Notes: generated by a model not told the origin, from the sequence alone. A DNA stretch of 64,000 nucleotides from an uncultured Chloroflexia bacterium (GCA_963766735.1 CAVYBU010000017.1:197286-261285), one strand, 5' to 3'; positions 50,148 to 61,030 are shown, numbered from the stretch's first letter. Program-made: numbers and translations.

Positions 50148-52274
50148 TTGCCCCGAGCCGCACTCCCCGACGACATCTATCGCCTCCAGGTGCCGTTCGA
50201 GCCCCGCCTCTCCCCCGACGGTCGGACAGTTGCGTTCACCGTCAAGCGGAGCGCCGTCGGGTTGGACGGGTACCGCGATTCGATCTGGACGGCGCCGGTG
50301 GACGGGTCGTGCGATGCCCGCCGGGTGACGCTCGGCGCACGGAGCGACAGGCATCCGCGGTTTGCGCCGGACGGCCGGACCCTCGCCTTCCTTTCGGACC
50401 GCCGGCTGCTGGTGGAGGAGGAGCCGGAGCGGCCGAAGGAGGCCAATGAGCGCGAGGATGCGGTCCAGGTCCACCTGCTGCCGCTCGACGGCGGGGAAGC
50501 GCGGCGGTTGACGGACCTCCCGCGTGGGGTGATCGAGTTCGCCTGGTCCCCCGATGGGCGCACGCTCGCCGTCCTGACCTCGTCCATGGGGGCGACGGCC
50601 GAGGCCGATCGGAAGCAGCGCCGCCGGCCCGCGAAGCCGAAGCCCGGCGAGCCCCCGCTGTCCGACTACCGGTACCTCGACAAGCTGGGCTACCAGTACA
50701 ACGGCGCCGGATTCATCGACGACCGGGACGCCCACCTGTGGCTGGTGGACGTGGCAACAGCGGAGGCTCGCCCGCTCGTGGTCGGACCCACGCCCGAGGC
50801 TGCGCCCGCGTGGTCTCCGGACGGAGCGCGGATCGCGTTCGCGGCCAACCGGCGGCGGGACCCGGACCTCGCGCACCGCTCAATGGTGTTCGTGGTCGAG
50901 GTGGCGACGGGCTCGGTGACGCCCGTGGCATCCGGCGACGACGCGCTGTTCCGCTCGCCGGCCTGGACGCGGGATGGGTCCTCGATCGTGGCGATCGGCG
51001 ACCAATTCCCGCGGGGCGGGTACCGCACGGGTATCTGGCGATTCGCGGCGGACGGGTCGGACGCCCGGACCGGTGGCGGGACGGACCTGCTGGCGACGAG
51101 CGAGCTACAGCCGGACGCGGGCATGAACAGCGACGTGACGTTGGGCGAGGACGCCCGCCTCGCGATGTCCTCGGACGGGGCCTCCGTCCTGTTCACCGCA
51201 CCGGTGGATGGGAGCTGTGAGCTGTGGCGGGTCCCGCTGGCCGGCGGGGCGACGCCGGAGCGTCTGACGACGGACCGCCACTACCTCGCGGGCTGGGATG
51301 CGACTGCCGTGGACGGGCACGATGTTGTCGTGGCCGTGCGGTCCGCGGTCGCCGAGCTGCCCGAGATCGTGGCCTACGACGTGGCCCCGGGCGGCAGCAC
51401 AGACGCTCCTCGGAGGCTCACGTCCCTCAATGCGGAGCTGGCAGCCGAGATCGGGTTCATCGAGCCGGTCGAACGCCGCTGGACCAGTGATGGCTGGGAG
51501 ATCCAGGGTTGGCTGTACCCGGCGGGGGAGGGCCGGCAACCGCTGGCGCTCGAGATCCACGGCGGTCCGCACACGCTCTACGGGTGGTCGCCCAACCTGG
51601 AATGGCAGGTCCTCGCGGGGGCGGGCGTGTCCGTGCTCGGGTGCAACCCCCGCGGTTCCGAGGGTTACGGCGAGGCTTTCAACCGGGCGAACCTCGGGGA
51701 CTGGGGTGACGGCCCGATGGCGGATGTGATGGCAGGCGTGGACGGGCTCATCGCCGACGGCCTGGCCGACCCGGACCGGCTCGGAGTCACCGGCGGCTCC
51801 TACGGCGGCTACCTGACGAACTGGATCGTGGGCAAGACCGACCGGTTCATGGCCGCCGTCACCTGCCGCTCCGTGGCGGACATGGGGATGCTGTTCATGA
51901 CCGGCGACATCTCCGGAGGCGAATGGGCGCAGATGGAGTTCGGGCGTTCGCCGTGGGAGGACCCGGCCTACTTCGCTTCGATCTCGCCGATCTCGCTGGC
52001 CGCGAACGTCCACACGCCGCTGCTCATCCAGCACGCGGAGCGGGATCTCCGCTGCACCGTCGGTCAAGCGGAGGCGCTGTTCACGGTGCTCCGGACCCTC
52101 AAGCGGCCAGTGCGGTTCATGCGCGTGCCCGACGAGAGCCACGAGCTGACGCGCAGCGGTTCGCCGTTCCGCCGTGCGGAGAACCTGGTCCAGGTCCGCG
52201 ACTGGTTCGTGCACTTCCTGGTGCGCGGCTCGAAGCGGATGCCTGCGCCGCCGAAGATCCGAGCCGGGCGTTAG
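50148..52274 (+). CDS. S9 family peptidase (acylaminoacyl peptidase-like) with TolB-like propeller
   Basis: WSPDG repeats, IHGGPH, NPRGS.GYG, GGSYGG, D.RC, ESH. Confidence 0.9.
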   Translation: MPRAALPDDIYRLQVPFEPRLSPDGRTVAFTVKRSAVGLDGYRDSIWTAPVDGSCDARRVTLGARSDRHPRFAPDGRTLAFLSDRRLLVEEEPERPKEANEREDAVQVHLLPLDGGEARRLTDLPRGVIEFAWSPDGRTLAVLTSSMGATAEADRKQRRRPAKPKPGEPPLSDYRYLDKLGYQYNGAGFIDDRDAHLWLVDVATAEARPLVVGPTPEAAPAWSPDGARIAFAANRRRDPDLAHRSMVFVVEVATGSVTPVASGDDALFRSPAWTRDGSSIVAIGDQFPRGGYRTGIWRFAADGSDARTGGGTDLLATSELQPDAGMNSDVTLGEDARLAMSSDGASVLFTAPVDGSCELWRVPLAGGATPERLTTDRHYLAGWDATAVDGHDVVVAVRSAVAELPEIVAYDVAPGGSTDAPRRLTSLNAELAAEIGFIEPVERRWTSDGWEIQGWLYPAGEGRQPLALEIHGGPHTLYGWSPNLEWQVLAGAGVSVLGCNPRGSEGYGEAFNRANLGDWGDGPMADVMAGVDGLIADGLADPDRLGVTGGSYGGYLTNWIVGKTDRFMAAVTCRSVADMGMLFMTGDISGGEWAQMEFGRSPWEDPAYFASISPISLAANVHTPLLIQHAERDLRCTVGQAEALFTVLRTLKRPVRFMRVPDESHELTRSGSPFRRAENLVQVRDWFVHFLVRGSKRMPAPPKIRAGR

Positions 52275-52314
52275 CTTCCATGAAGGGCGCGCCTCGCAGA
52301 AAGAGGAACACTCC

Positions 52315-53436
52315 ATGACAGGCGAGCGCACCGCCGCAGGATCCGTCGTCCACCGCGACGGCGGCATCCCGTTCCTCGTCGTGTCGGGCTCGCATCGCGA
52401 GGTGGGGCGCCAGGTCGGCCTCGCCACGGAGGAGGTCCTGCGGGAGGCAGTCGCATTCGATGCGGCCCTCCCGGCCGGGCGGTCACGCGCCGACCAGCTG
52501 AACCTCGCGGCGCGGTACAGGGAGGTCACGCTCGCGGCGACGCCCTGGCTGGTGGAGGAGCTGGATGGGGCCGCGGAGGGCGCCGGCGTTGATCCGCTGG
52601 CGCTGTTCGCCGCCTCGATCGAGGAGATCTGGACCGTGCGCCCGTCGCAGGCCACGGCCGGGCTCGGGGTTGACGGCCGGTGCAGCGACCTCGTTGCCGC
52701 GCCACCGGCCACGCTCGACGGTCACGTGTGGATCGCCCACAACAACGACCTGTCGGCGGCGTCCGAGGCCGCGGTGATCGCGATCGAGTGGCGGGTGCCG
52801 GGCGAGCCCGTGGTCTTCTCGCTGGGCATCGGGCCCTGGATCAGCGTGGGCTGGAACTCGGCGGGGTTGTCCCTGACCGGCAATGAGCTGGCGCCCAACG
52901 ACGAGCGGATCGGGATCCCGCGGCTGCCGATGGTCCGCGAGCAGCTGACCGCTCAGTCCCTGGATCAGGCGGTGGCGATGGCTCTCCGGCCCGATCGCGC
53001 GTCCTCGTACAACACGGTGTTCGCGCACCGGGACGGGCGTGTCGTGAACGTGGAGGGGTCCGCGACCGACGTCGAGATCACCGGTCCGTCTGCCGCCGGC
53101 ACCCTGGCCCACACCAACCACTACGTCTGCGAACGGATGCTGGGCTACGAGGGCGACCCGGCGTATGCGGAGAGGTCCGCGGTCCGGCTGGGGCGGGCGC
53201 TCGAGCTCCTGGATGGCCCCACGGGTGGCGGGCCGGCGGCGGGGTCGCTCGGGCCGGAGCAGCTGCTGGCTGCGATCTCGGACCACGCGACGTCGCCCTC
53301 GATCTGCCGCCACGACGACGGTTCGGAGACCTCCGCGACGGCCTTCTGGTGCCTGGCCGACGTCACGGCCGGCGAGATCCGCTATGGACTGGGAGCCCCG
53401 TGCAAGGGTCAGGAGGCGCGCTACCGGTTCGGGTGA
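52315..53436 (+). CDS. Peptidase C45 / acyl-CoA:6-APA acyltransferase family Ntn hydrolase
   Basis: GRCSD autoproteolytic Cys, AHNND, G.NSAGL, AHTNHY; GAGGA RBS. Confidence 0.8.
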   Translation: MTGERTAAGSVVHRDGGIPFLVVSGSHREVGRQVGLATEEVLREAVAFDAALPAGRSRADQLNLAARYREVTLAATPWLVEELDGAAEGAGVDPLALFAASIEEIWTVRPSQATAGLGVDGRCSDLVAAPPATLDGHVWIAHNNDLSAASEAAVIAIEWRVPGEPVVFSLGIGPWISVGWNSAGLSLTGNELAPNDERIGIPRLPMVREQLTAQSLDQAVAMALRPDRASSYNTVFAHRDGRVVNVEGSATDVEITGPSAAGTLAHTNHYVCERMLGYEGDPAYAERSAVRLGRALELLDGPTGGGPAAGSLGPEQLLAAISDHATSPSICRHDDGSETSATAFWCLADVTAGEIRYGLGAPCKGQEARYRFG

Positions 53437-55286
53437 CGCGCAGCCTCCGCGAGGTACTCATCCACCCCGTCCAGCCGCCTGATCCCCGGCACCGAGCGCG
53501 CGAGGAAGTCCAGCACGATCGCCGTCTGGCGGATGCGCTCCTCCACGTCGAACGAGGCGTGGCCGGTCGCGTACGTGTAGACCTGCGGCTCCAGCCCTCG
53601 GGCCCGCAGCAGCCCGACGTAGTTCCACACCTGCCGGATCGGGCACCGGGAGTCGTTCTCGCCCGCCAGGATCAGCAGCGGGGCGGCCACCGCGTCCACG
53701 TAGGTGATCGGATTGCGCTCCACGAAGAGGTGTGGCACCTCCGCCGGCGACCCGCCGAACAGCGCCCGGTCCAGGGCCTGCAGGATCGGCGCCTCGTCCT
53801 CGTACGCCGCGACGTAATCAGCCACCGGGACCCCGCCGATGCCCGCCGCCCATCGCTCCGGATGCCGGCCGAGACCAAGCAGCGTGACGTACCCGCCCCA
53901 GGACCAGCCCGCCAGCACCGCGCGAGCGGGGTCGGCAAGGCCGCGGACGACCAGGTCGTCCAGCCCTGCGAGCACGTCCTCGAGCTCCAGGAACCCGATG
54001 TTGCCGGTCAGCTCGTCCCTCCACTCCTGGCCGAAGCCAACGGAGCCGCGGTAGTTGACCATTGCCACCAGGAACCCGGCGTCCACGTGCGCCTGCACGT
54101 CCGGCGCCCACCGGTCCATGTCCACGGAGTGCGGGCCACCGTGCACCCGCATCATCACGGGGTGCGGTCCGTCGCCCTCCGGATGCACCAGGAATCCGTG
54201 GACGCGCTGGCCCTTCGGGTTCGTGAACCACCATCCCTCGAAGTCGCGCCCCGCAGGTGCGGCCGGACCCGCTGCCACGAGCAGCGGCGCGGTTGTCCCG
54301 GCCTCCAGCAGCACGGCCGGGTGCTGGCCATTGTGGCCGCGATACCAGACGGCGCCGTCGGGTCTCACCGCGGCCGCGGTGATCGAACCGGGCTCGGTGT
54401 CCAGGGTCGTGAGCTCGTCTGTTGCCAGGTCGTACCGGTGCAGTCGGTGCCGCCCAGCCTCCAGCTGGACCAGGAGCATGGCAGATGCGTCCGGCCACCA
54501 GTCCGCCGGCTCCACGTCCCCATCCAGGTCCAGCGCCAGGTCCCGGACCGAGCCCGTCGCAACGTCCCAGATCGCCGGCCTGCGCTCGCCGGATCGCTCG
54601 TGGGTGATCGCCATCCGAAGGTCCCCGGCAACCGGCGAGAACCCGAAGCCCGCAAGCTCCAGCCCGTCGTCGCGGAGGTCCGCCAGCGTCTCGCCCGTGG
54701 CCGCGTCCACGGCCCGGAGCGAGGGGTGGAGCACGTCGCCGTCCTCCATGACCTCCAGCACGGCGACGCGGTCATCGGCGGACAGCGCACCGCGATCCAC
54801 CGACCCGGTCAGGCCCCATCCCCCGGCCAGGCGGATCGGCTGGGCGTGCTCGTGGAGCAGGCGCACGGGCTCTCCATCGTCCGACGCCCAGACCCTGTAG
54901 CCGTCCTCCGTGCTCATGACCGCGAGCGAGCGGTGCCGGCCGATCGCCAGGCCCTCGGTCCAGCCCTCGGGCAGGCCGTCGAGCAGCGGCTCCGGTGCGG
55001 TGTCCTCGTCGAACGGCGCGACGACGAAGGTGCCCCTCTCCGCGCCGGTCTCGTCCTGGAACCAGATGACACCTGTCCCGTCCCGCGTCGGCCGGCCCTC
55101 CAGCACGCCGACGGCGTCCCGCGTCACCTGGCGCCGTTCGCCGGTCGCGCGGTCCCAGGTGTGGAGCTGGTAGCTGCCGCTCTCGGTGGACGCGAGGATC
55201 ATGCGGTCTGGGGCATCCGCTGCCCAGGAGGGGAAGGACAGGATGGGCGCACGAAAGCGGCGCTCCCAGGGAGGCGTGTCGGTCAT
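53421..55286 (-). CDS. S9 family peptidase
   Basis: HGGPH, NYRGS.GFG, GWSWGG, NDSRCP, GH. Confidence 0.9.
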   Translation of the reverse strand: MTDTPPWERRFRAPILSFPSWAADAPDRMILASTESGSYQLHTWDRATGERRQVTRDAVGVLEGRPTRDGTGVIWFQDETGAERGTFVVAPFDEDTAPEPLLDGLPEGWTEGLAIGRHRSLAVMSTEDGYRVWASDDGEPVRLLHEHAQPIRLAGGWGLTGSVDRGALSADDRVAVLEVMEDGDVLHPSLRAVDAATGETLADLRDDGLELAGFGFSPVAGDLRMAITHERSGERRPAIWDVATGSVRDLALDLDGDVEPADWWPDASAMLLVQLEAGRHRLHRYDLATDELTTLDTEPGSITAAAVRPDGAVWYRGHNGQHPAVLLEAGTTAPLLVAAGPAAPAGRDFEGWWFTNPKGQRVHGFLVHPEGDGPHPVMMRVHGGPHSVDMDRWAPDVQAHVDAGFLVAMVNYRGSVGFGQEWRDELTGNIGFLELEDVLAGLDDLVVRGLADPARAVLAGWSWGGYVTLLGLGRHPERWAAGIGGVPVADYVAAYEDEAPILQALDRALFGGSPAEVPHLFVERNPITYVDAVAAPLLILAGENDSRCPIRQVWNYVGLLRARGLEPQVYTYATGHASFDVEERIRQTAIVLDFLARSVPGIRRLDGVDEYLAEAARHPNR

Positions 55287-55433
55287 GGCTCGCAGGTTAG
55301 CGGACCCGAATCACCGGCGGGGCGTCCGGCGGATAGGTGACCGTCGGACGCCGCGGCCCTGGACCTCACCGCCCGCACGTCGGACCCGACGGTTCTGCGC
55401 GTCAGCGTGCGCCGCGCCCCGCATGCCGGGGGC

Positions 55434-55928
55434 TCACCGCCCCGCCGTGCGCCGCGCCCAGGGCACGAGGCCCGTGACCGGCAGGGCGTCCAGCTCCGGC
55501 AGCGGGATCCACCGCGCGAGGTCCGTGGATCCGCCGGTCTCGTCGCGAAGCTCGCCGCCGGTGATCGTGGAGCGGTACAGGATGCCAACCGTCTGGACGC
55601 GGTGACCGCTGATGGTCTCGGCCGGCTCCAGCACCGCGGACCGCACGCCGAGGACCTCACCCACGTCGCCCTCGTACCCCGTCTCCTCGAGCAGCTCCCG
55701 CCGCAGCCCCGCCTCCGGATCCTCGCCGAAGTCCAGGCCGCCGCCCGGGAGCGTCCACTGTCCGCCGCCGGGTCCCTCCGTCGAGATCCGGCACAGCAGC
55801 ACCGCGCCGTCCATCTCGCACCAGCCGTATGCCGCCAGCCGCACCCGCTGAACCACACCGTCCGCGCCCAGGAACCGGGCGACCGGGAATTCTGCCTCGC
55901 TCACCGGACGCACCCCCGTCGAGGCCAT
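55434..55928 (-). CDS. NUDIX hydrolase
   Basis: Nudix box PGGGLDFGEDPEAGLRRELLEETG; start uncertain. Confidence 0.85.
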   Translation of the reverse strand: MASTGVRPVSEAEFPVARFLGADGVVQRVRLAAYGWCEMDGAVLLCRISTEGPGGGQWTLPGGGLDFGEDPEAGLRRELLEETGYEGDVGEVLGVRSAVLEPAETISGHRVQTVGILYRSTITGGELRDETGGSTDLARWIPLPELDALPVTGLVPWARRTAGR

Positions 55929-56072
55929 CGCACGCGACCCTGTTTGGTCATCATGGGACGATCATACGGACGGCCGGGGGTGGCGATGCTGCCGAGCTGA
56001 CGCCGCCACGCCCGATACCGCGAACTCGTGCACCCTAGTTGCCGTCCAACCAACACGAAGGGGCCAGGACCC

Positions 56073-56996
56073 GTGATCGTCATCGCCGGAGACGCCCTCG
56101 TCGATCTGATCGTGCGCCCCGACGGGGAGCTGGTGCCCGTGGCCGGGGGCGGGTCGTACAACACGGCTCGCGCCGCCGCGCGCCTCGGCATGGCGTGTTC
56201 CTGGATCGGCGGATTGTCGACGGACCGCTTCGGCCGGATGCTGGAGGCGGCCCTGGTCGCGGACGGCGTGTCGCTGGATCTGGCGCAACGGACGGAGCTG
56301 CCGACGACGCTGGCCCTCGCCGAGCTGGATGAGGACGGCGCGGCGGCCTACCGGTTCTACACGGAGGGGACCTCCACACCCGCCGTCCTCCCGGGTCCGC
56401 TCGCCGGCGGGCTGCCCACCGGAACTCGTGCGGTCCTGACGGGCTCACTGGGCTTCGTGCTGGAACCGATGGCGACCACGCTGGAGGCCTGGGTCGCCGG
56501 TCTGCCCGATGACATCCCGCTCATGATCGATCCCAACTGCCGCCCATCAATCACGCGCGATCCAGGTGCCTACCGCGCACGCCTGGGACGGGTCTTCGCG
56601 CGGGCGGACATCGTGAAGGCCAGCGTTGAGGATCTCGACTTCCTTTGGCCCGGCGCGACGGCGGACGAGGCAGCGGCCTCGATCCGGTCCCTTGGCGCGC
56701 GCGTGATCCTGGTGACCGATGGCGGGCGACCGGTGTCGGTGGACGTGAACGGTGCGGTGCACGCCGTGCCCGCACCGCCGGTCCGGGTCGTGGACACCGT
56801 TGGAGCGGGGGACACGTTCGGTGGCGCATTCCTGGCCTGTCTTGTCCACGAGGGCGCGACACGGCCAACCATCGCGGACGAGGGCGCGGTGCTTCGTGCC
56901 ACGCGCTTCGCCGTGCGGGCATCAGCGTTCGTGTGCGAGCGCGCCGGTGCCAACCCGCCGACGCTCGACGAGCTTGGGGGCTGGCCCGCGACCTGA
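56073..56996 (+). CDS. PfkB-family carbohydrate kinase (fructokinase-like)
   Basis: GDALVD, GGGSYN, DPNCR, VVDTVGAGDTF. Confidence 0.9.
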   Translation: MIVIAGDALVDLIVRPDGELVPVAGGGSYNTARAAARLGMACSWIGGLSTDRFGRMLEAALVADGVSLDLAQRTELPTTLALAELDEDGAAAYRFYTEGTSTPAVLPGPLAGGLPTGTRAVLTGSLGFVLEPMATTLEAWVAGLPDDIPLMIDPNCRPSITRDPGAYRARLGRVFARADIVKASVEDLDFLWPGATADEAAASIRSLGARVILVTDGGRPVSVDVNGAVHAVPAPPVRVVDTVGAGDTFGGAFLACLVHEGATRPTIADEGAVLRATRFAVRASAFVCERAGANPPTLDELGGWPAT

Positions 56997-57007
56997 CCCG
57001 GGGCTGG

Positions 57008-57060
57008 CCCGCGACCGACCCGACCCGCGACCGACCCGACCCGCGACCGACCCGACCCGC
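57008..57060. repeat. 16-bp tandem repeat x3.3 (CCCGCGACCGACCCGA)
   Basis: Perfect units at 57008, 57024 and 57040 plus a partial unit. Confidence 0.88.
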
Positions 57061-57156
57061 AATTCGTCCTGCAATCTCACCCGAGATCTGACGCGAACCC
57101 CCGGTCGCTACGGCGCCCGTCGGTCCGGCACGTTGTCTGCGTCCTAGACTCGCGGG

Positions 57157-58047
57157 GTGGACCCGCTTGCCCTCGGCTGCATCGCGATCGCGGCGGTTCT
57201 CCACGCGGCCTGGAACATCCTGCTCAAGACCGCCGGCGACCCGCTCCGGACCGCGACGGTCGGGGTCGTGGCGGCATCGCTTGTGCTGGTGCCGCTGGCC
57301 GTTATCGCCTGGCTGGTCGCGGACCGGCCCGACGTGCCTGCGGCCGCATGGGTGCTCGGGATCGTGTCGGGGGGCGTGGAGGTCGCCTACTTCGTCTTCC
57401 TGGCGGCCGCCTATCGCCGGAGCGACCTGTCGGTCGTCTACCCCATCGCGCGCGGGAGCGCGCCGCTGCTGGCGGTGGCGGTCGGGGTGCTGGTGCTGGG
57501 CGAGCGCCTGCCTCCCTCGGCGTGGCTGGGGGTCGGCCTGTTGCTGGCGGGGCTGCTCGTGGTCCAGCGGCCGTGGCGGCTGGTGCGCGCGCCGGGAGCC
57601 GATCGGTCGGGCGCCGGGTTCGCTCTTCTCACCGGGGCGATGATCGCCACCTACTCCGCGCTCGATCGCGTCGGCGTCCAGCAGGCCCCGGCCTGGCTCT
57701 ACGCCGCGATCCTGTGGCCGACCTGCGCCGTGGGGCTCCTCATCGTGGCCTGGGTGCGGCCGCGGATCGCCGGTGGGGCGTATCCGCGTCGCGACGTCCC
57801 GCTCGACGTCCCGAGGGCGGTCGCGGGCGGGCTGCTGATCTTCACCGCGTACGGGTTCGTGCTGGCGGCGCTGTCCCGGGCACCGCTCGCCGTCGTGGCG
57901 CCCCTGCGGGAGTCGGCCGTCCTGTTGACCTCGACCTGGGGCGTGCTCCGCCTGCACGAGGCGGTGGGACGCCGGGAGATCGGGCTGCGGATCGCAGGGT
58001 CAGTCCTGGTGCTGGCCGGCGCCGTGGCGCTGGCGGTCGCCCACTGA
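57157..58047 (+). CDS. EamA/DMT family transporter
   Basis: AAVLHAAWN, DLSVVYPIARG, APLRES; about 10 TMs. Confidence 0.88.
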   Translation: MDPLALGCIAIAAVLHAAWNILLKTAGDPLRTATVGVVAASLVLVPLAVIAWLVADRPDVPAAAWVLGIVSGGVEVAYFVFLAAAYRRSDLSVVYPIARGSAPLLAVAVGVLVLGERLPPSAWLGVGLLLAGLLVVQRPWRLVRAPGADRSGAGFALLTGAMIATYSALDRVGVQQAPAWLYAAILWPTCAVGLLIVAWVRPRIAGGAYPRRDVPLDVPRAVAGGLLIFTAYGFVLAALSRAPLAVVAPLRESAVLLTSTWGVLRLHEAVGRREIGLRIAGSVLVLAGAVALAVAH

Positions 58048-58081
58048 TGCGACAATCGCCGCGAACACCAGGAGGAGTCCC

Positions 58082-59086
58082 ATGCCGCCCCTGACACTCG
58101 GCTACAAGGCATCCGCGGAGCAGTTCCCGCCCCAGCGCCTGCTCGACCTCGCGGTCGCCGCGGAGGGCGCCGGCTTCGACTCGGTCTGGACCAGCGACCA
58201 CTTCCAGCCGTGGCGCCACACGGACGGCCATGCCCCGAACGCGCTCGTCTGGCTGGGCGCGGCGTCCCAGGCGACCCGCCGCGTCACCCTCGGCACGAGC
58301 GTCCTCACCCCCTCGTTCCGCTACAACCCGGCGATCGTGGCCCAGGCGTTCGGCACCCTTGGCTGCCTGGCCCCCGGGCGCGTGATCCTGGGCGTCGGAA
58401 CCGGCGAGTCCCTCAACGAGGTCCCGGTGGGCGTCACCTGGCCGGAGCAGGGCGAGCGGTTCGCACGGCTCAAGGAGTCCGTGCTGCTGATCCAGCAGCT
58501 GTGGCGGGGCGAGCGGCTCACGATCGAGGGCGACCACTACCGCACGAACAACGCCACGATCTATGACCGTCCGGAGGAGCCCCTTCCGGTGTACATCGCC
58601 GCCTCGGGGCCCGCGGCCGCCCGCCTTGCCGGGCGTATCGCCGACGGACTCATCTGCACCAGCGGCAAGGGCGAGGAGCTGTACACCGGCACCCTGCTGC
58701 CGGCCCTGGACGAGGGCGCAGGCAAGGCCGGACGGGACGCCTCCGGGCTGGACAGGATGATCGAGATGAAGGTGTCCTTCGACACCGATCTCGACCGGGC
58801 GATGGAGGACACCAAGGTCTGGGCGGCTCTCGCGCTCACCGGCGAGCAGAAGATGGGTGTCCACGACGCGCTGGAGATGGAGGCCCTCGCGAAGGAGGCC
58901 GAACCGTACGCGCACCGGCGCTGGCTCGTCTCGGCAGATCCCGAGGAGCACATCGAGCAGATCGCGCCCTACCTCGGGTACGGGTTCAACCACCTGGTCT
59001 TCCACTTCCCGGGGCCCGACCAGGAGGCCGCCATCGCGCGGTACGGGGAGCTGGTCCTGCCGCGTCTCCGCGCGCGCTTCGGCTGA
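58082..59086 (+). CDS. fgd: F420-dependent glucose-6-phosphate (sugar-6-phosphate) dehydrogenase
   Basis: LGYKASAEQF, SDHFQPWRHT.GHAP, GTSVLTP.FRYNPA, GTGESLNE, ICTSGKG.ELY. Confidence 0.88.
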   Translation: MPPLTLGYKASAEQFPPQRLLDLAVAAEGAGFDSVWTSDHFQPWRHTDGHAPNALVWLGAASQATRRVTLGTSVLTPSFRYNPAIVAQAFGTLGCLAPGRVILGVGTGESLNEVPVGVTWPEQGERFARLKESVLLIQQLWRGERLTIEGDHYRTNNATIYDRPEEPLPVYIAASGPAAARLAGRIADGLICTSGKGEELYTGTLLPALDEGAGKAGRDASGLDRMIEMKVSFDTDLDRAMEDTKVWAALALTGEQKMGVHDALEMEALAKEAEPYAHRRWLVSADPEEHIEQIAPYLGYGFNHLVFHFPGPDQEAAIARYGELVLPRLRARFG

Positions 59087-59157
59087 GCGGAGCCCGTCGG
59101 GCTGGGCGGGGCCCCGGCCGCCTGATCAGCGCCCGGTCGGGCTGATCAGCGCCCCGG

Positions 59158-60105
59158 TCAGCCGCTCCGGCCGGCAGCGGCAGCGGCGGCGGCGTCGGCC
59201 CGACGGTCGATGAGCCGCTTCGCGGTCGGCCCGCTGTTGACGAGCGCGATGCCCGCGATGATCAGGCTCGTCCCGACGATGCGGGTCACCGTCACGGGAT
59301 CGCCCATCACGACCGCCCCGAGCACGATCCCGACCACGGGCAGCAGGTACGCGACCATCGAGGTCCGGGTTGCGCCCCAGTGGGCCAGGATCGTGAAGTA
59401 GCACAGGTAGGCGACGCCCGACCCCAGCAGCCCGAGCCAGATCACGGCCACGATCGCCTCCGGCGCGGGGCTGACGTTGCCGACCGGCTGCTCGAAGACC
59501 AGCGCCATGGGCACGATGATGGCGACCGCGAAGAGGACCTGGAACAGGGCCGGGATCATCGGGCGGAGGCCGCGGACGTTCCGCTTGGCGTACACGTTGC
59601 CGATGCCGTAGCAGATCGCCGCGCCGAGCATCATCAGCTCGCCCGTGAGATCCGCGTCCGACAGGTTCACGAGGTCCGGCGCCACGAGCAGGATCACGCC
59701 CGCGAACCCGACGGCGAGCCCCGCGATCCTGGGCAGCGTGATGCGCTCGTCGGGCAGGAACATCGGTGCCAGGACGATGACGGTCAGGGGCACGGTGGCG
59801 GTCAGGATCGCCGCGAGGGCCGAGTCGATGGACTGCTCGCCGACCGTGATCAGGACGAACGGCATCACGATGTTGACGACCGCCATGACGAACAGGTGGC
59901 CGTACTGGCGGGGCTCTCGGGGGAGGGGCTGCCGGGCGATCGCGACGACCACGGCCAGGAACGCGCCACCCAGCAGGAGGCGTCCGGCGATCAGCGTCAG
60001 CGGCGGCAGTGATTCCAGCCCGATCTTGATCCAGAGGTAGGACGATCCCCAGAGGAAGCCGAGCGTCAGGAACAGGACCCAGATCCAGGCGGGCGAGCGC
60101 TGCAT
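59158..60105 (-). CDS. EamA/DMT family transporter
   Basis: LWGSSYLWIKIG, EQSIDSALAAIL, MVAYLLPVV; about 10 TMs. Confidence 0.88.
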   Translation of the reverse strand: MQRSPAWIWVLFLTLGFLWGSSYLWIKIGLESLPPLTLIAGRLLLGGAFLAVVVAIARQPLPREPRQYGHLFVMAVVNIVMPFVLITVGEQSIDSALAAILTATVPLTVIVLAPMFLPDERITLPRIAGLAVGFAGVILLVAPDLVNLSDADLTGELMMLGAAICYGIGNVYAKRNVRGLRPMIPALFQVLFAVAIIVPMALVFEQPVGNVSPAPEAIVAVIWLGLLGSGVAYLCYFTILAHWGATRTSMVAYLLPVVGIVLGAVVMGDPVTVTRIVGTSLIIAGIALVNSGPTAKRLIDRRADAAAAAAAGRSG

Positions 60106-60247
60106 CGCGGGATGATACCGGCGCTTGGCCCATGTTCATAGGCCAAGTCCGGTTCAGCGGCCGTCCGCTTGTTCCCGTGCCTATGATTCGTCAGGCGATG
60201 AATTCCGGCGGGGATGGGTCTCCGGCGCGGCAGAGAGGACGGCGGCG

Positions 60248-61030
60248 ATGGCGATGGACGCGACGGTCCAGGCGCAGGCAGTCACGGGGCCCGGCGAGCA
60301 GCCCCCGCCCGAGCCGGCCATCCGGGCCGTCGGCCTGGTCAAGCGATTCGGGCCGGTTGCGGCCGTTGACGGCATGACCTTTGACCTCGCTCCCGGGCGC
60401 ATCTACTGCCTCCTCGGCCCCAACGGGTCCGGCAAGACCACGCTCATCCGTCTCCTCACCGGCCTGACGAAGGCCACCGAGGGCCATGCCGAGATCCTGG
60501 GTGTGCGGATGCCGTCGCGCGCCAACCTCGCCCACATCGGCTATATGACCCAGGGTGACGGCATCTACCCGGCGCTCACGGCAGGGGAGAACGCCGGGTT
60601 CTTCGCCGCCGCCTACGGGGTTGGCGACGCCGCCGCGGTGACGGACGCCCTCGCCCTGGTGGGTCTCGCGGATCGGGCGAAGAGCTTGGCCGAGACGCTG
60701 TCGGGTGGCCAGCGCCGCCGCCTGTCGCTCGCATGCGCCCTCGTGCATCGCCCGCCGATCCTGTTCCTCGACGAACCCACCGTGGGCGTCGACCCGCTCC
60801 TCCGGGTCCAGTTCTGGACCCACTTCCGGGACCTGGCGGACGCGGGAGCGACGATCGTCGTGTCCAGCCACGTGATGGACGAGGCAGACCACTGCGACGA
60901 CCTTCTGTTCATGAGGGCCGGCAGGATGATCGCCCGCGGCAGCGGCGCCCAGCTGAGGACGCAGGCCGGCACCGACGACCTGGAGGCGGCGTTCCTGCAG
61001 TTCGCGGGCGACGGCGAGGCTGTGGCATGA
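60248..61030 (+). CDS. ABC-2 exporter ATP-binding protein
   Basis: GPNGSGKTT, LSGGQRRR, LDEPTVGVDP, SSH. Confidence 0.9.
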   Translation: MAMDATVQAQAVTGPGEQPPPEPAIRAVGLVKRFGPVAAVDGMTFDLAPGRIYCLLGPNGSGKTTLIRLLTGLTKATEGHAEILGVRMPSRANLAHIGYMTQGDGIYPALTAGENAGFFAAAYGVGDAAAVTDALALVGLADRAKSLAETLSGGQRRRLSLACALVHRPPILFLDEPTVGVDPLLRVQFWTHFRDLADAGATIVVSSHVMDEADHCDDLLFMRAGRMIARGSGAQLRTQAGTDDLEAAFLQFAGDGEAVA

